Below the pieces are notes generated by a model. That model saw nothing but the letters and a program-made list of their open reading frames with translations. It ran no database searches and was not told the origin of the DNA. This document shows positions 27,910 through 42,067 of a stretch of DNA of 64,000 bases, piece after piece (position 1 is the stretch's first letter; each line of letters begins with the position of its first letter). The position numbers were made by a program, and so were the translations under genes. The stretch is from Lingula anatina. Its lineage: Eukaryota; Animalia; Brachiopoda. The stretch covers positions 19,978,567 through 20,042,566 of the forward strand of contig CM120649.1 in NCBI GenBank assembly GCA_051362555.1, in the 5' to 3' direction.

Positions 27910-29664
27910 ACGCTTCATGACGTCACACCACTTTTTAAAATTCTGACGTAACTATCTAAATTAATCAAAATGTTCTTGAATTATTTTTTAATGAGCAGTC
28001 TGAAAGATGTTCTATTAACTGCAAATAAAACAAGCATATCGGATGCCATTATCCATGCTTCGTATATACTTGTACCGTATTTATTGCTACACTTCTCCGT
28101 TTAATCCTGTATTCAATTATTGCTATATAAATTATATTGCGTCTGTAAACATGTCTTATTAGATAAAATTTTTTTGATGAAATCAGTAGTTTAAATGAAT
28201 AAAGGCATTCAATACAACTTCAGTCAAGTGAAGTAATCTTGTATTTTGATCTCAAAAAGTGACTTTTGAAATAAATGATGTTTTCCAGTTTATAAAGTAC
28301 CCCTAATGACGCAAACATGTTTGCCAATATTCATGCTAACATAGTACTAGATACCACAACTTTTATTTCGGTTCTTTAAGATACAGGTCCCTGACGAGGC
28401 AGGATTGTTTGTTACAGTTGTGATTTTCGAACAAATAGGTCCTAAAGAATTACATGGTTATACCACACTGAAAAAGGTCCTTAATTGGGTCAGTCTTAAT
28501 GCCCGTTTAAATGTCGCTCTACAACCTTTAAAATATCATTTGACTTCATTCAAAGTTCATGGCCTTGATAATACGCTAGTAGTGGCGTTTCTTGTTGATA
28601 GTTCATGCTGTGTCATCTGCAACATACGACCAATCTTAAAAGTTAATACCATGAATTTATTCAGTCATAAGTTATGGACATATGTCATTATAGTACGGTA
28701 CTGCCAGGATCCATCCATTATGTTCACATAGCCTAGATCTTGTTTACGTTTCCTGGTTTACTAATGGCAACAAAAATAATGATAATATAGATAACAAATG
28801 TATAAAGTAATAGGGACAAGGTCCGTTGAACTGAATATTGCGTGACTGTAAAACCTTACATTCAGGAAGTTGTACCGCGTTCCATTAATCAATGGCGACT
28901 TGCAGTTTACAATACTACACACACTGGACAATAAAAGTGTCACCCCCTGAATCAGAGTAATCAAAATTATTAACCTGAAGAGGCGGAATATTTAGCAATG
29001 TCAGAATATCGATACAGTTGAATTGTTCAGTCAGAACCGTTTATTTTGTGAAATTTGGTGTTAATAAAATAATATCAGGAGCATATCATTCCACAGTCAT
29101 TATCTCCCCCAAAGAATCAGTATGGGTGACACTTCTATTGTCCAGTGTGTGTACATAGAAATAACTATACAGACAAAATGTACTTACACGCACACACACA
29201 CACTTAAACAAACGCACACATACCCCCGTTAAAAGTTATTTTTAATCAACGGTCTGTTCTGTACGACGTGTATCTGGTAATAATAAAATAAATTCTGTGC
29301 TAACCGGTGGGTACCTGGGCGTTTGTAACAAAAGAGACGCAGCAGACTATGACACAGGGTCCTCTGGAAGTTTAACCACGTACTGGTACATACCAGTATC
29401 AGTAACCATTTCTCTGAAATACATTTCAAATAACAAATTACCTAGGCGAATTAAGACAGGGCAGTATTATCCCATACTGGAATACATTTAAAATGAAATA
29501 TTGTCAAGGAAATAACGTTTGAAACGCCGATTCACTCCTTTCAAGTTTCTGGTATAAATGTAGCGTCCTCACTGCAAGATAAAACAGACGAAAGTTCAGC
29601 TGAGCAGGAGTCATTCTCAAGACAGCCACTGTGAGCCAAGAAATCGTCTGTGTTGTAATCTAAG

Positions 29665-30000
29665 ATGAATACTGCAGTCCTGTTCATCGGTAAGTATACG
29701 GCCTTTGGTCTTAGGTCTTTTTTTAGCAAAAGGATCAAAAATAATCAGAGAAATGTCTTGAATAAATAGTGAATATATCAAAACGGAACGTTTTTTTTTC
29801 CAGTATTCTTTTAATTGCAGCTGCCTGTGCAGTCGCTGTCTGCACGTGTGAGGATGAAGCACATTCTCGCGAGAAGAGAAATGCCTTTCAGTTTGGCAGG
29901 ATGATCAGAAGTCGTACAGGAAGATCTGCCCTGGATTATAACGGTTATGGTTGTTGGTGTGGTCTGGGAGGAAGAGGGACACCTAAAGATGGAGTGGACA

Positions 30001-30036
<36 letters not shown>

Positions 30037-31832
30037 GAGAGATTGTCCTTCCGTCAGCGTGAAAAAGAACAAACATGTGGTAAGAAACAATCTAATTGCT
30101 TTCATGGTACATAAGACCATTCAAATGATAAAGAGTATTTTCTGATTTATCAGTAAGACTTGAATGCTTCATATTTGGAAATAGGTGTAAAGGACTTTAT
30201 CTGAGATCGCATACACTTTCCTAGGTTGAATTACTTAGATGTAGCTGATCTTGGGATAGAAAACCGAAAACACGACCAAATTACGTTTCATTGAGTATTT
30301 CTCACCGACAGTTTACCCTCTTTTACTTTAGAGTGTAGGCTTGGTTTCGTAAATATATATGCTATATAGTTTTTACTATCCAAAGCAGTTGCCGATAAGT
30401 AGAAGCAAAGACAAACTCATGGCAAGAAAATATCTACAACACTTGCATGCTCTCGAGTTCCAGTTTTCTTGTTTTGTGTGTTCATAATATTATGTAAGTT
30501 TTTCCTCGAGTAACATTTTGTACCTTTTGGGACTATGTCTTACATCACCAACAATGCACATTAAAATCGGGCCATTCAATAGGTCAGCAACTGGGTCATA
30601 TATTTTTTGTGCATATTTGGTTTGAAGAAAGCCAAGATACGCAGTTTCTTCGCAAACATATCATTGTCCTACCCTTTTTTTTTACAAATAAAATAAGACA
30701 AAATGCAAGGACTAACCTGTTGAATAACCTATTGAACGTTCATGTACTTCCGGTTTGAGAGATACCCCCTTCATCCTGTCACGTGCTAGTTGCACGTGCA
30801 CGTGTTGCCGATCCTAATCCTGTCCAGAGTTATTTTCTAGCGCTAACCCATACTCAATGCAAAGGCTAGGGCCTTGGATCCAGTATACTTGAATAAGACT
30901 ATATAATGTTCTAGTGGAATAAACACGAGGGAAAGTTATGCGTATGATACCTTTCGGTAAAAATTACCGATATGTGTCGGAGAATATTGTGGTACAATGT
31001 TAATCTGACACTGTTTGTGCTAGACTATACTGCATGTTTTGTACTAAAATATAACAGTTCATTGACCAGTACTTATCATTACAGATGCTGCCAGGCCCAT
31101 GACCGCTGTTACGATAGACTTATCAACAGTGGATGTCGTAATCCTGTGTTGAACGCCTACAGCTACACTCTAAGCGGAGGAATCGTTTGCAGTAAGTTCT
31201 AGTTACATCTTACAGTAGGAAATTCCTTCTAACCAAACACAGAATAATAGATCTGATTGATTAAGACATATCGCGTGAGAACACGGGATTACTAGATGAC
31301 GTAATTTTATAAATTGTGGGACGTACACTTGACGCTAGCAGGGCGTAGTGGTAGCAGTTCTACCATCTGAAATGGTCCCAGCATATCAGGAAGTGGCGTT
31401 TACAAAGAACGTAAAAGGCAGCTAGCTCGCCTTTTTTTTTTCAGTAACCATTTTCAGTAACCCATAGTATAGCACATGGCAATGGATTTTCCTCTCAGTG
31501 ATGGTAAAAGCCTACTTACTTGTGTCATCTACAGATAGGCCTACTGTGGTTCAGTCGTTCAAAGAAAGTTCTTGGCGAACCAAATGAACGCAATGGCTAT
31601 CCAATTTTACCAGTCAAGGCTAAAACCAAAATCTTAATTCATTTATATACACATCCAAGTAAACAAGGAATTGTTTTTATGCTACAAATGTGCTTATTCA
31701 TTTTCAATTACAGATCGCAGTAGAAATGACCGCTGTGAACAGGGAGGCTGTGAATGTGACAGAACAGCGGCGTATTGCTTCGCCAGGAACCGGTATAACA
31801 GTGTGTACAAGAACTGGAGAGGAAGCTGTTAG
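29665..31832 (+). CDS. Secreted phospholipase A2, copy B (intact)
   Basis: Exons 29665-29689, 29821-30001, 31085-31191, 31714-31832. TATAAA at 29553. MNTAVLFIAACAVAVCTC..REKR|[37 protein letters not shown]; AATAAA at 32101. Confidence 0.95.
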
Positions 31833-32268
31833 ATGGCTGACTGCGTCTCTCGTCTGCAGTTAAATGTTAAATCGGACATTTATTAACAGAAATATTTTAT
31901 AGCAGACGACTATTAAGAGACGCCTCCCAAATATGCTTCCCGCAAACCTGAAAGCATTTAAAGGAGAAGTTATCATATGAACAGTCACACAGACACATAA
32001 TTGAAATTGATTCGTTGTCAAGTTTGTAGCTGTCTTTAAAAAAAGCACTTAAAAAGAAAGGAATCGTTCAGAAATTCTGATAGAATTGCACTGCAATTGT
32101 AATAAACTGCAACTTGTTTTTAGTGTGTTATTATGAGTTGTAATAATTGGCATTCCCAAAGTTATCTAAAAAGAGAATAGGAAACATGGCACGCCTCGTT
32201 AGCATGGCTTCTGTCTTAGTTATGGGACAGAGTTACAACAAGAAGAGAATGTACGAGACCTACCTTGT

Positions 32269-32305
<37 letters not shown>

Positions 32306-32560
32306 ACAGTGTAACGCAGTCAAAATGGCGTGGAAATCGATCTTACCTCACCTATATCATTGTCACAGTTCCAGTCTGGTTAGTCATCATAATGACTCCA
32401 GGATTTTCAACTTTTCTGTAATATCTGTCAACAACTAGTGTAAAACCACCATTTTTATCCCCCCTCGATTACTATATGCCATGCCGTGTGCATAACACTA
32501 ATGAAGCACCACATGTATAGACACACGTGATATTATACTATAGTTCTTTATCATACTTAA

Positions 32561-32619
<59 letters not shown>

Positions 32620-32698
32620 CAGTTGATAATACGGATAAAATACCACAGGACACGACAACATAAGAAAGAAACGATACAAGATAGGCAGTCAACTCTAA

Positions 32699-32902
32699 GG
32701 GCGTATTCCCAGACATTTAGATCGATCTATCCTCTTGGGGAGTCTCACTAGATTACTGTCAGATAATCCGGCTTAAATGTCCGTCCCGCCTACTACAAGC
32801 TGTAAGGGGGTCGTGCCCGCTTGGCTGACAGCTATTTAGCGTGAACCCACAGGGAGTTAGGTCGATCTAGTTTGGATCGATCTAATCTCTGGGAATGGGG
32901 TC
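32699..32902. mobile_element. Harbinger-like MITE family (GGG..CATTCCC / GGGAATGGGGTC)
   Basis: TAA TSD and internal inverted AGATCGATC. Related copies at 41348-41572 and, more diverged, at 11932-12125. Confidence 0.7.
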
Positions 32903-33599
32903 TAACATAATACACGTGACAGCTACATGTAGGATATGTTGTTATGTGGAATATATAATGCTGACAAATGTTACAGACCTTAATTTGAGGCGCGTGTGTG
33001 TGGTGGTGGGGGGGGGGGGGGTACAGTCTTCAAATAAGAAGGCTAGATTTACCATGTTTAACCCGCGTGTACATATCATCATGAAGAGATTATGATAAAT
33101 TGACACAACACCATAACATACACACCATCATGGAAGCATTGAGTTACTGTCACCCACCACTGCCTCATATGACACAAGGTTGAACACAAGATATACATGT
33201 GTAGGACATTGTTTATTATTCTAGCTGGAATACTTAGAATCCCGAGAGTGGTCTCACATCACAATATTAATTTTTGTTTCTTTAAAAAATAAGTAAATAA
33301 ATCAAAAACAGCGTGACCCTAAAGTTTGCACGTTTAAATAAAATATTTTGTATATAACATTCTGTAAACACCCACGCTTTTAGTTAAAATCTATAAAAAT
33401 CGAGGATCAAAACAGACCCAGGCAATGGAGCTTTTCAAAGGTCCACGTATCAGCCGCCGTATGAGCTGCCGTGATTGACTTTTCCAGGCGTTAGACCAAA
33501 ACAGAGTCTCTCAGGCTTAAAAAAAAGTCCGGGGACCATATTCGTTCCGAAGACTAGATTGCTGCTGAAACAGGCGTCTGCGCATGCATGCGTCTTGTT

Positions 33600-34890
33600 T
33601 ATGTTAACTGAACTCGTCACGATTTTACCCTGGGAGTAACTGAAACTGATAGACTTATCTGATGTCTTTTCAAAGAAATCACTGTAATAAAGTAGTAAAT
33701 TTTGTCACATTTCCAAGATAAATATAGACACAGAACAATGGTTCGTACGGGAGTGTAGAGATAAATCAGAGTGATAAAGACGTTTACTGTGTCTGTCACT
33801 CAAGCACTCATGCCTTTATAGTCTTCTTGATGCCTTAATTGCTTGTTCAACTGGCGCAGCTTTCAACGTATTTGCACAGACACAGGTAAATAACGGCCTC
33901 TCTCTCTCTCTCTCTCTCAGTTATGTATTTGTACTTATCGACACATCCAAGATATTATTAGGTGTTGATGGAGACATCGACCACCAAGTCGCTTAATTTA
34001 TTAAAAAGGTAATAATTAAAGTAATTGTGAAAGGATGGTGCTTCAATTGTCACAGTTCCTTCGGTGTGCCGTTGATTAATGAAAACATGGAAACTTCTTT
34101 CAACAGAAGTTGACCAAATCCTCTGACTATCGATCTCTTCGTTTAATTTAAATTTTATTACAGCCTTTATTTATTGTATTTTTAGATATACCAAGGACAA
34201 CAGTACTGTCGTACAGATAGCGTTTAATCATTGAAGAGCGATGAAGGTTGCCCCGATCTTTTTTATTGCAGGTAGGCATTGTTATATTAATTATCCAATA
34301 ACAGCATGTTTTACGTAGGCTTCAAGAATAAAGTCATACGATTCATTCGGACACAAAACGGCTCTTTGTTACATGCATGGGCAGATGCACTCTGTATGAA
34401 GAATTAGTCTGATTTTTCAGTCGTTTACGTTGTTAAGGGATATCTGTGTTGGTTTTTATATCAGAATTACAGATATGATTTGTAATATGCAATTGTTGAC
34501 TATGGGTGAGGTTGCCTCGCGGTTATTTTCGATCCGATCCTGGAATAATTGACCGCAGCTGAAGAAAAAAATCCATAGTCACTTTTCTGGCTAAAATCTT
34601 TGATACTAACCTTACTGCGTTGTGTTACACTAACAGGCCGCGTCTGGTAGTTGGGTAGGCCTGACTAAGATTCTTAAAATTCCGCTTTTCCAGAGGGAAT
34701 CTATTCTGTGTCTATCAGCGCATTAGATGGCAAGCTTTGTAGTGGATCGCCATAATTGACCCGCGGACTAGTTAGTCCACTATTCTGAATGCGGCTACAA
34801 AGCTCAACTAAAATTCAGTAAATGGGAGCACAATCAACAATTATTTCAAAAATACGTACTTTTATCAAGCCATTGTGTTTTAACGTTCAT
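33600..34890 (+). pseudogene. sPLA2 copy C: orphan promoter, non-coding exon and signal-peptide exon only
   Basis: Non-coding exon donor at 33886, acceptor at 34185, ATG exon 34241-34271 (MKVAPIFFIA, GTAGG donor). Homologous to the 5' ends of F, H and I. No exon 2 was found before the next duplicated block starts at 36373. Confidence 0.75.
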
Positions 34891-34904
34891 TGAATACTTC
34901 TGAA

Positions 34905-35415
34905 GACAGCTTTTAAAGAGCTGTAATCAATACTTACCAACTAAAGCTGTCAATAACAACAAAAAGAGTATAAGAAACATATATATGGCCTTGCATACGG
35001 ATGCCAAGCATGTACCATACAGTGTATGTGAATGCATTTACAATGGGGTGTTACAGTCCTACTTAAAATACAATACACAGCACACAAGACAAACGAAGAG
35101 GTACAGTTGCCCTCCATCTTGCAGAAATCACCTGGCGACTTTTAAGTACAATAAGAAAGAGACAATGTACTTTTATCATACACTGCATAAGAAATAGTGG
35201 TCTGGAAGCCATCATAACCACAGGAAAGATTTCGGGGGAAATGAAGCAGGGGAAGACGAATATTGGAGATACCAGACGGCATGACAACCTGGGTCAGAAC
35301 AAAGGCAGTACACGAAACCCTAGAAATTACTGCAGGCAGAGAAAATCGAGGTCCATGGTCGCCGAAGCCTATCGGCATGATACTTCATGGTGGTGCTGAT
35401 GGTGCTGATGATGAA
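34905..35415 (+). mobile_element. 5'-truncated, degenerate RTE-class LINE (3' end of ORF2 plus TGA-rich tail)
   Basis: Broken frames give AFKEL..ILT..KLSITT..YIW..AYGCQA..LLKIQYTAHKTNEEV..GLEAIITTGKISG..RGR..MVAEAYRHDT, resembling RTE ORF2 C-termini, followed by (GGTGCTGAT)2GATG. Confidence 0.65.
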
Positions 35416-36126
35416 TGCTACTGAAATTAATTGAATTTTAAGTCTATAACTGTTTTGTTGCATGCATGATCATGGATTTTGTAATCAAGTCACAAGAGAT
35501 TATTCCTATATAGGAATAAATGCATGATAGTGTCAACAAATCAGACCCACCTCAGTGCAATATCACAAGTGTGAGAACGACAACATAAAACTACTCAGCC
35601 AGTTTAACATTAGCCTATATATATGTTCCTTTAATCAATCTGTTACGAGAGAGGATCCTGGGAAATATGGAACTGGAAAATCGAGCATTCTTCTACAGCA
35701 TACACTATGAGAGATCTAAAACACGATGTGCAACCACGGGTCCATTGGAGTCCCAAAGTATCTGTCTTAAACCATTAATTTAGTTTTATGTGTGTCTTAA
35801 AGTTTTTTATGCAGCTTTAAAATACATACTTTATTAATTCCTAGAGTATAACAGCGAAACAGAGATACGTACATGCACCTGTCCAAACATTTAAAATAGT
35901 ATGAGCCTTTTTGGTGACTGATTCATACGCACTTTTTTCAAGAAGTGTTGACAAATGACGACTTATCTAGATCCAAGATGGCAGACCAATACGAACCAGA
36001 TAGGATCCATACTTTATTCATTTCTTAAGTATAACAATGCAAAAGGGATATACGTGCGTGTATCTTTTAAACGTGTAAGATACGATGAGTGAATGTCCCA
36101 AATTTCTATGCACATTAATAGAATAT

Positions 36127-36180
36127 TGGTTAGAGTGTTCCCCTCTTGAGCAGGAGGTCAAGGATTCGAATCTCAGCCTT
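36127..36180 (+). mobile_element. tRNA-derived SINE-like fragment
   Basis: A-box-like TGGTTAGAG and B-box-like GGATTCGAATC at tRNA spacing; no acceptor stem. Confidence 0.4.
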
Positions 36181-37660
36181 CGAAACCTTATCAGATGATG
36201 AGGTTGGGATGTGAATATGGCCTGATATTGACCAGCACGTGACTGCTCAAGACCAATTGATGAGTGTCAAAAGTCGTGATCACGTACAGCCACCAATATC
36301 TCACACCAATTTACAAAGCAGCACGCTAATAATTAACGCTTGACCACTCTACTTGCAGAAGCGCGAGTAAACCACATCAAAACAGGCTTTGAGCGCCTTC
36401 ACCCCCCCCCCCCCCAAAAAAAAAAGGCTCTATCATTTTAAACTTTCATATGACTTAACCAAACCAGGAGATTAATTTTCTTTCAAAAGTCGAGACTGAG
36501 CACGGATGCTTATAATGGTTCTAGATGGTAACAGAATAACTGAATTACTGTTTTGGCTGGGAATATTAGAAAATGATCAGTAAACACGTTTACATATAGC
36601 GTTCCGTGGATGAATAGAGTAGCATTGGGCATTTAGGGAAAAAAAGTAAAAACAAAATTAAGATTTTTGCAGCCTCGCAAAAGAGATTTAATTTTGAACA
36701 TTTTCTATTTTTTGTGCAAATAAAAAAAAACGATAATTGGAACAATGGTCATATCATCTCACTCTCCCTCTAGGCCCTCATCCACAAACTAGTGGATTCA
36801 GGGTGTCAAAAATAGGGGTGGGCTTGATCGACCTGGCCCTCCTGGATTCGATTGCTGTGACGTTCAGTTGGGGCGATGCTTTCACTTCATTGCGATAGGT
36901 GCGACTTGCAACGCAATCAGAAACAACCGATTGTGAACAACACATTGCGTCACAACTGTATACAGCTGTAGTCTTCTCTACACGAATCGGCTATGATTGA
37001 AGTGTCCACATTTACTTTTAAAAATTTAACTTCATGTGTTTAAAAAACTTGATCAAGACTATTGGTCGGTTCTAGTGTGGGAATACAAATATGTTGATAC
37101 AGCTGAATTAAACGACGATCAAACCGAAATCGGTCAGGCCTTATATTTTATTTTTACCCCTTAAGTCGGCCCAATATGGAAATACGCATAGAACCTAGAT
37201 CAAAATTTACTTCAGAGCGGACCTTTATCAGGCATGCAGAATTGTTCTTTCGCCCCCTCCCCTATCACGCTTGTACGTGCGTGCGGATTATTATCATTCT
37301 CACGAAGAGATGGAAGTTAATTGAAGTCTGCACGCATGTATTTTTTTCACAAAATCGATGTAAATAGAAATGCATTCCCATAGACAGTATCGGTCTAAAT
37401 GGAGCGACCCAATCCTGCAGGCACTCTCGCTGACTGAAATCAGCTAAAATGAATAACACACCTCCTCCGGGCGTGAAGTAGTGTACAGAAAAGCTGGCGA
37501 TTATATACGAATATACGCTGGACACAAGGGGAAAGCATGTCAGTTAAGCTGATTGCACTTAGCGAGAGTCCCTGCAGAGTTGGGTCGATCTACACAGATC
37601 AGTGGCGTCTGTGGGAACGAGGTCTAAGACGTAATTATAATATTTGTCCACGCATTTCAT

Positions 37661-37703
<43 letters not shown>

Positions 37704-37971
37704 ACAGAAACAATATACTTTAACACAGAAAGGGGTTTCAGCACACCAGAGCGACGTAGAACGACATGCAAAACTTCTTTAATTTCTTATTTTCATTCTT
37801 TCTCTCTCTTTCTCAGACTCATATATTCTTGATTTTTTGTCTAAAACGCTTTCCAGCGAAGGACAATGATTTAATACATTGACTGATAACATAATGTTCA
37901 CCAAAATCTTAGTTCTTCGTGTAAGCCCCCATTACATTTTTAAACTGTCTGTGACCAGCGAAGGGCGTATA

Positions 37972-38282
37972 TGTCACAGGCAAGATTGAAATCCAGGCGA
38001 GATTCAAATCCAGATTCTGGGTTGCGCGTGTTCTCTGCATTTTATGATCCACGAGTAAGAGGCAGAGAAGCAAAAGTAATATCAGTGGCATGCGAACCCG
38101 TAGAAAAATACATACCTTTGTATTGTCGACTTTGGTTTGAGGCTGAACACAAATACTATAATGGAACTATCAGAGGGAACATATTGACTGATGTCCGTCG
38201 AGGAGTGCTTGAATATATCCATAGGGTTGACAGAAATGGGAGGTATTTTAGAGATGTACATGTATAATATTCATTTGTGATG

Positions 38283-38328
<46 letters not shown>

Positions 38329-38393
38329 GATGTGATTTATGTAGCTGTGACCTGGATTTGAATCTCGCCTGGATTTCAATCTTGCCTGTGACA
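37972..38393. mobile_element. MITE with ~41-bp TIRs upstream of copy D
   Basis: TGTCACAGGCAAGATTGAAATCCAGGCGAGATTCAAATCCAG and its reverse complement, TA-flanked; absent at the homologous site in block 1 (~25720). Confidence 0.8.
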
Positions 38394-38793
38394 TATGTCT
38401 AAATATAAATTAACTGTAGCAGTAGTAGTCGTTAACGCTAACTTCCTGTTATACGACGTGGCAACTTTAACAACCATTTTTCTGATGAATTCTTTTTTCT
38501 TTCAAATCCTTTTTCTGATATATGATTTTTTCAATTAAAGTTTATAGTTGTCAATATGATAAGATATTTTACACCAAATAAAATTCTGCGGCAGAAATTG
38601 AGAAAATGGGGAGCGGGATTAAACTTAAATACGTTCAAGTCACGGAAAGTCTCCTTACTATAGCGATGGTTTTGGTCACACTGGTGCCTGGTACAAATAT
38701 AACTGCCACAGTCTCAGTGGACGGCAAACCGGAAGGTTCCCCCTGAAGTTAAGGTGTCCTCTGCATCCTGTAGGCCCTATAGACGACAGAAAG

Positions 38794-40357
38794 ATGAAGA
38801 TTGCATTTACAGTTGTTTTCATTGGTAGGTAAGCGCAGTTAAAGACTCAATGGGCAATGCATGTTGGTGCTGCGAACGCCGCGTACTGTGATATTTTACT
38901 TTTAATTAAAATTGCCGCATTTGGAATTTAAACATGTGGGCGATATTTTCTTATGTGCAGATAGGCCTTTTTACGAAGTTGAAACGTGGACTTTATTTAG
39001 GTGTAACTTTCATATTTCTTTGCTTACAGTCATGTATGCAGTCACTGCCTGTATGTGTGAGAATGCAGAGACTAGCGTGCATTCACGTAAGAAGAGGAAC
39101 GCTATCCAGTTAGGCTGGATGATCTTCAGCCGTACCAGGAGGTCTGCCCTGGATTATAACGGTTATGGTTGTTGGTGTGGGCTGGGTGGAAGAGGAACAC
39201 CTAAAGATGGAGTGGACAGGTGTGAGAGAGAGAGAGAGAGAGGGGGGGGGGGGGGGCGAGTAAAGAGCAGACAGGGGAGTAAAATCTCAACACCCCCTCA
39301 TCTAGATATCCTTGGTACACAAATATAAATGTGTTTAAAGAAATAAATAAAATCAGGTATAGACCACTGCGTTTCATGGAGTACGCTTTTTTTTTTGAGC
39401 CAAGAATTTTCCCTATATGTCATTGCATAAAACATTGGACTAACCCTGCCCCCCCCCCCCCCCCAAATCCGCACTGCTGAACTGCACTGACTGCCCAGTC
39501 ACATGTGTGATACCCATATACATATTAACTGACCTCTGGTCATTTATTTCCAGCTGTTGTCTCGTCCATGACCGGTGCTATGGGCGGCTGACCAGAAGTG
39601 GATGTCCCAATCCTGTGCTGAATACCTACAGATACACGCTGCGCGGAGGAATTGTTTGCAGTAAGTATATAACGTCCCAGTGTCGGTAAAAACTGGCCTT
39701 GGAATTAAGTATTTGTCCTCAGCGGCAATAATGATCACGAGTACGAAAAGTGTGATTATTCCCTTGAATTTCTGTTCGTTATTATGATGTTATTTGATGA
39801 CGTAACTATTACGTTATGATTGTATGGCCACTGATGAGGTTTTATATTGATAAACCTACACAACTCAATCTGTTATTTGTATCGTTAAGAACAGCTGGAC
39901 GTTTCCTGTGAATTATTAACAATTTCTAATCTCATTAGGACATTTTCTGGTTTTAGTTAAGGTCTACAGGCGAACCTGCTCAGGTACTTAGTCGTGTCAC
40001 TACTGTACATGTCAATCATATACCAATGTCACATTCAATAAATGTGCCGCCTGAGACCACGTGACTACACATCTGCAGCGTGATGGCGTGGTAAACACAC
40101 GGTCTTAGCATGTTAGCTATTTTGAATGCTTAAAAGATAACAATAATACTGAAGTATACGGATTTTCTCTGTATATGGGTACATGTATTATTTCAGATGT
40201 CAGCAAGTCTTTACCAGGTATACTTCCTTTACTTGCAGATAGCAGAAGAAACGACGTGTGTGAGCAGACTGGCTGTGAATGTGACAGAGCACTTGCCTAT
40301 TGCTTTGCCAGGAACATTTATAACGTCCGCTACCGGAACTGGAGGGGGAGCTGTTAA
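38794..40357 (+). CDS. Secreted phospholipase A2, copy D (intact, duplicate of A)
   Basis: Exons 38794-38824, 39030-39219, 39554-39660, 40239-40357, same lengths as A. HD and CECD intact; AATAAA at 40466. The exon-2 donor is the weaker GTGTGA. Confidence 0.94.
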
Positions 40358-41347
40358 ACTCTTTATGACGTCACACTTTTTTACAATGCTGACGTCACTA
40401 TCTACATTAATCAATTTGTAAATCATTTTTTAATGAGCAGTCTGAAAGATGTTCTATTTACCGCAAATAAAACATGCATATTGGATGCCATTGACCATGC
40501 TTCGTAAATATCTGTACCGTATTTATTGCTACACTTCTCTTTTTTCTCTCGTATACAATTATTGGTATATAAACTATGTTGCGTCTGTAAACATGTCTTT
40601 TTATATAAAAAAAGTTTTGATGAAATCAAGAGTTTAAAAGAATAAAGACATTCAATACAGCTCCAATTAAGTGAAACAATCTTAAATTTTGATCTCAAAA
40701 AGCGACTTTTGAAATAATAGATGTTTTCAGTTTTAATAAAGTACCCCTATTGACGCAAACATGTTTGCCAATATTCATGCTAACATAAGAGGTTTGAAGC
40801 TAGGTACCACAAGTTGTCTTTCGGATCGTAAAGATACAGGTCTCTAAGGACACAGGATTGTCTGTTACAGTGGTGATTTTCGACCAAATAGACCCTAGGA
40901 AATTATATACAGAAAAAAGTCCTTCCTCGGGTCAGTTAAAATGCCCGTGTATATGTCGCTCTAAAACATTTTTAATATTATTAGACTTGATTAAAAGTTA
41001 TTGTCCTTGTCCTTGTCCTTGGCTAGTAGTTGCGTCTCCCGTTGATGGTTCACGCAGTGCCATCTCCGACATAAGGCCAATCTTAAAAGTTAATGATGAG
41101 CTTATTCAGTCATAAGTTATGGACAGGTGTCATTATGGTACCGGTACTGCCAGCGTCCATTTATTAATTTCACATAGCCTACGTCTTGTTTACGTTTCCT
41201 GGTTAACTTATGGTTACAAAAATAATGATAATAGGCCCCTATCGATAACAAATGTATAAAGTAAGAGGGACAAGTTCCGTTAAACTGAATATTGCGTGAC
41301 TGTAAAACCTTACGTTCAGGAAGTTGTACCGCGTTACATTAATCTAT

Positions 41348-41572
41348 GGGTGCATTCCCAGAGATTTAGATCGATCCAGAGATTTAGATTTAGATCGACC
41401 TAACTCCCTGGGGGTTCACGCTAAATTGCAGTCAGCCGAGCGCGCACCATAGTTAATTACCCCCTTACAGCTCTTAGTAGGAGGGGCAGACGCTTAAGCC
41501 GTCTAAGCTGACAGTAGTCTAGTGAGACTCCTCGCAGGGATAGATCGATCTAAAATCTACGGGAATGGGGTC
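41348..41572. mobile_element. Harbinger-like MITE upstream of copy E
   Basis: 3-bp TSD TAT; absent at the homologous site in block 1 (~28890). Confidence 0.75.
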
Positions 41573-42067
41573 TATGGCGACTTGCAGTTTACAAGACTAC
41601 AGAGAAACAACTATACAGGCCAAACGAACAAACACACACATACTTTTGTTAACAGGTATTTAAATCAACAGTCTGTTCTGTACGACGTGTAACTGGTAAT
41701 GATATAATAAATTCTATGTTAACCGGTGGGTACCTGGGCGTTTGTAACAAAAGAGACAGCTGACTATGACACTGGGTCCTCTGGAAGTTTTACCACGTAG
41801 TATCAGTCAGTATCAGTAACCATTTCTCTAAAATACATTTCAAATAACAAATTACCTAGGCGAATTAAGACAAAGCAGTATTATCCCATACTGGAATAGA
41901 TTTAAAATGAAATATTGTCAAGGAAATAACTTTTGAAACTCCGATTCACACCTTTCAAGTTTCTGGTATAAATGCACCGTCCTCAGTGCAAGCTAAAACA
42001 GACGAAAGTTCAGCTGAGCAGGAGTCATTCACTGTGAGCCCAGAAATCTTCTGTGTTGTAATCTAAG

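Larger units (their letters stand above)
23868..32140 (+). repeat. Segmental duplication, block 1 (A+B); block 2 is ~36373-47610 (D+E)
   Basis: Collinear near-identical sequence starting CACATCAAAACAGGCTTTGAGCGCCTTCA at both 23868 and 36373 and running through introns and intergenic DNA. Confidence 0.92.

Noticed and set aside
36127-36180. Possible tRNA gene
   Set aside because: A/B-box-like motifs only, no complete cloverleaf; kept as a SINE-like fragment.
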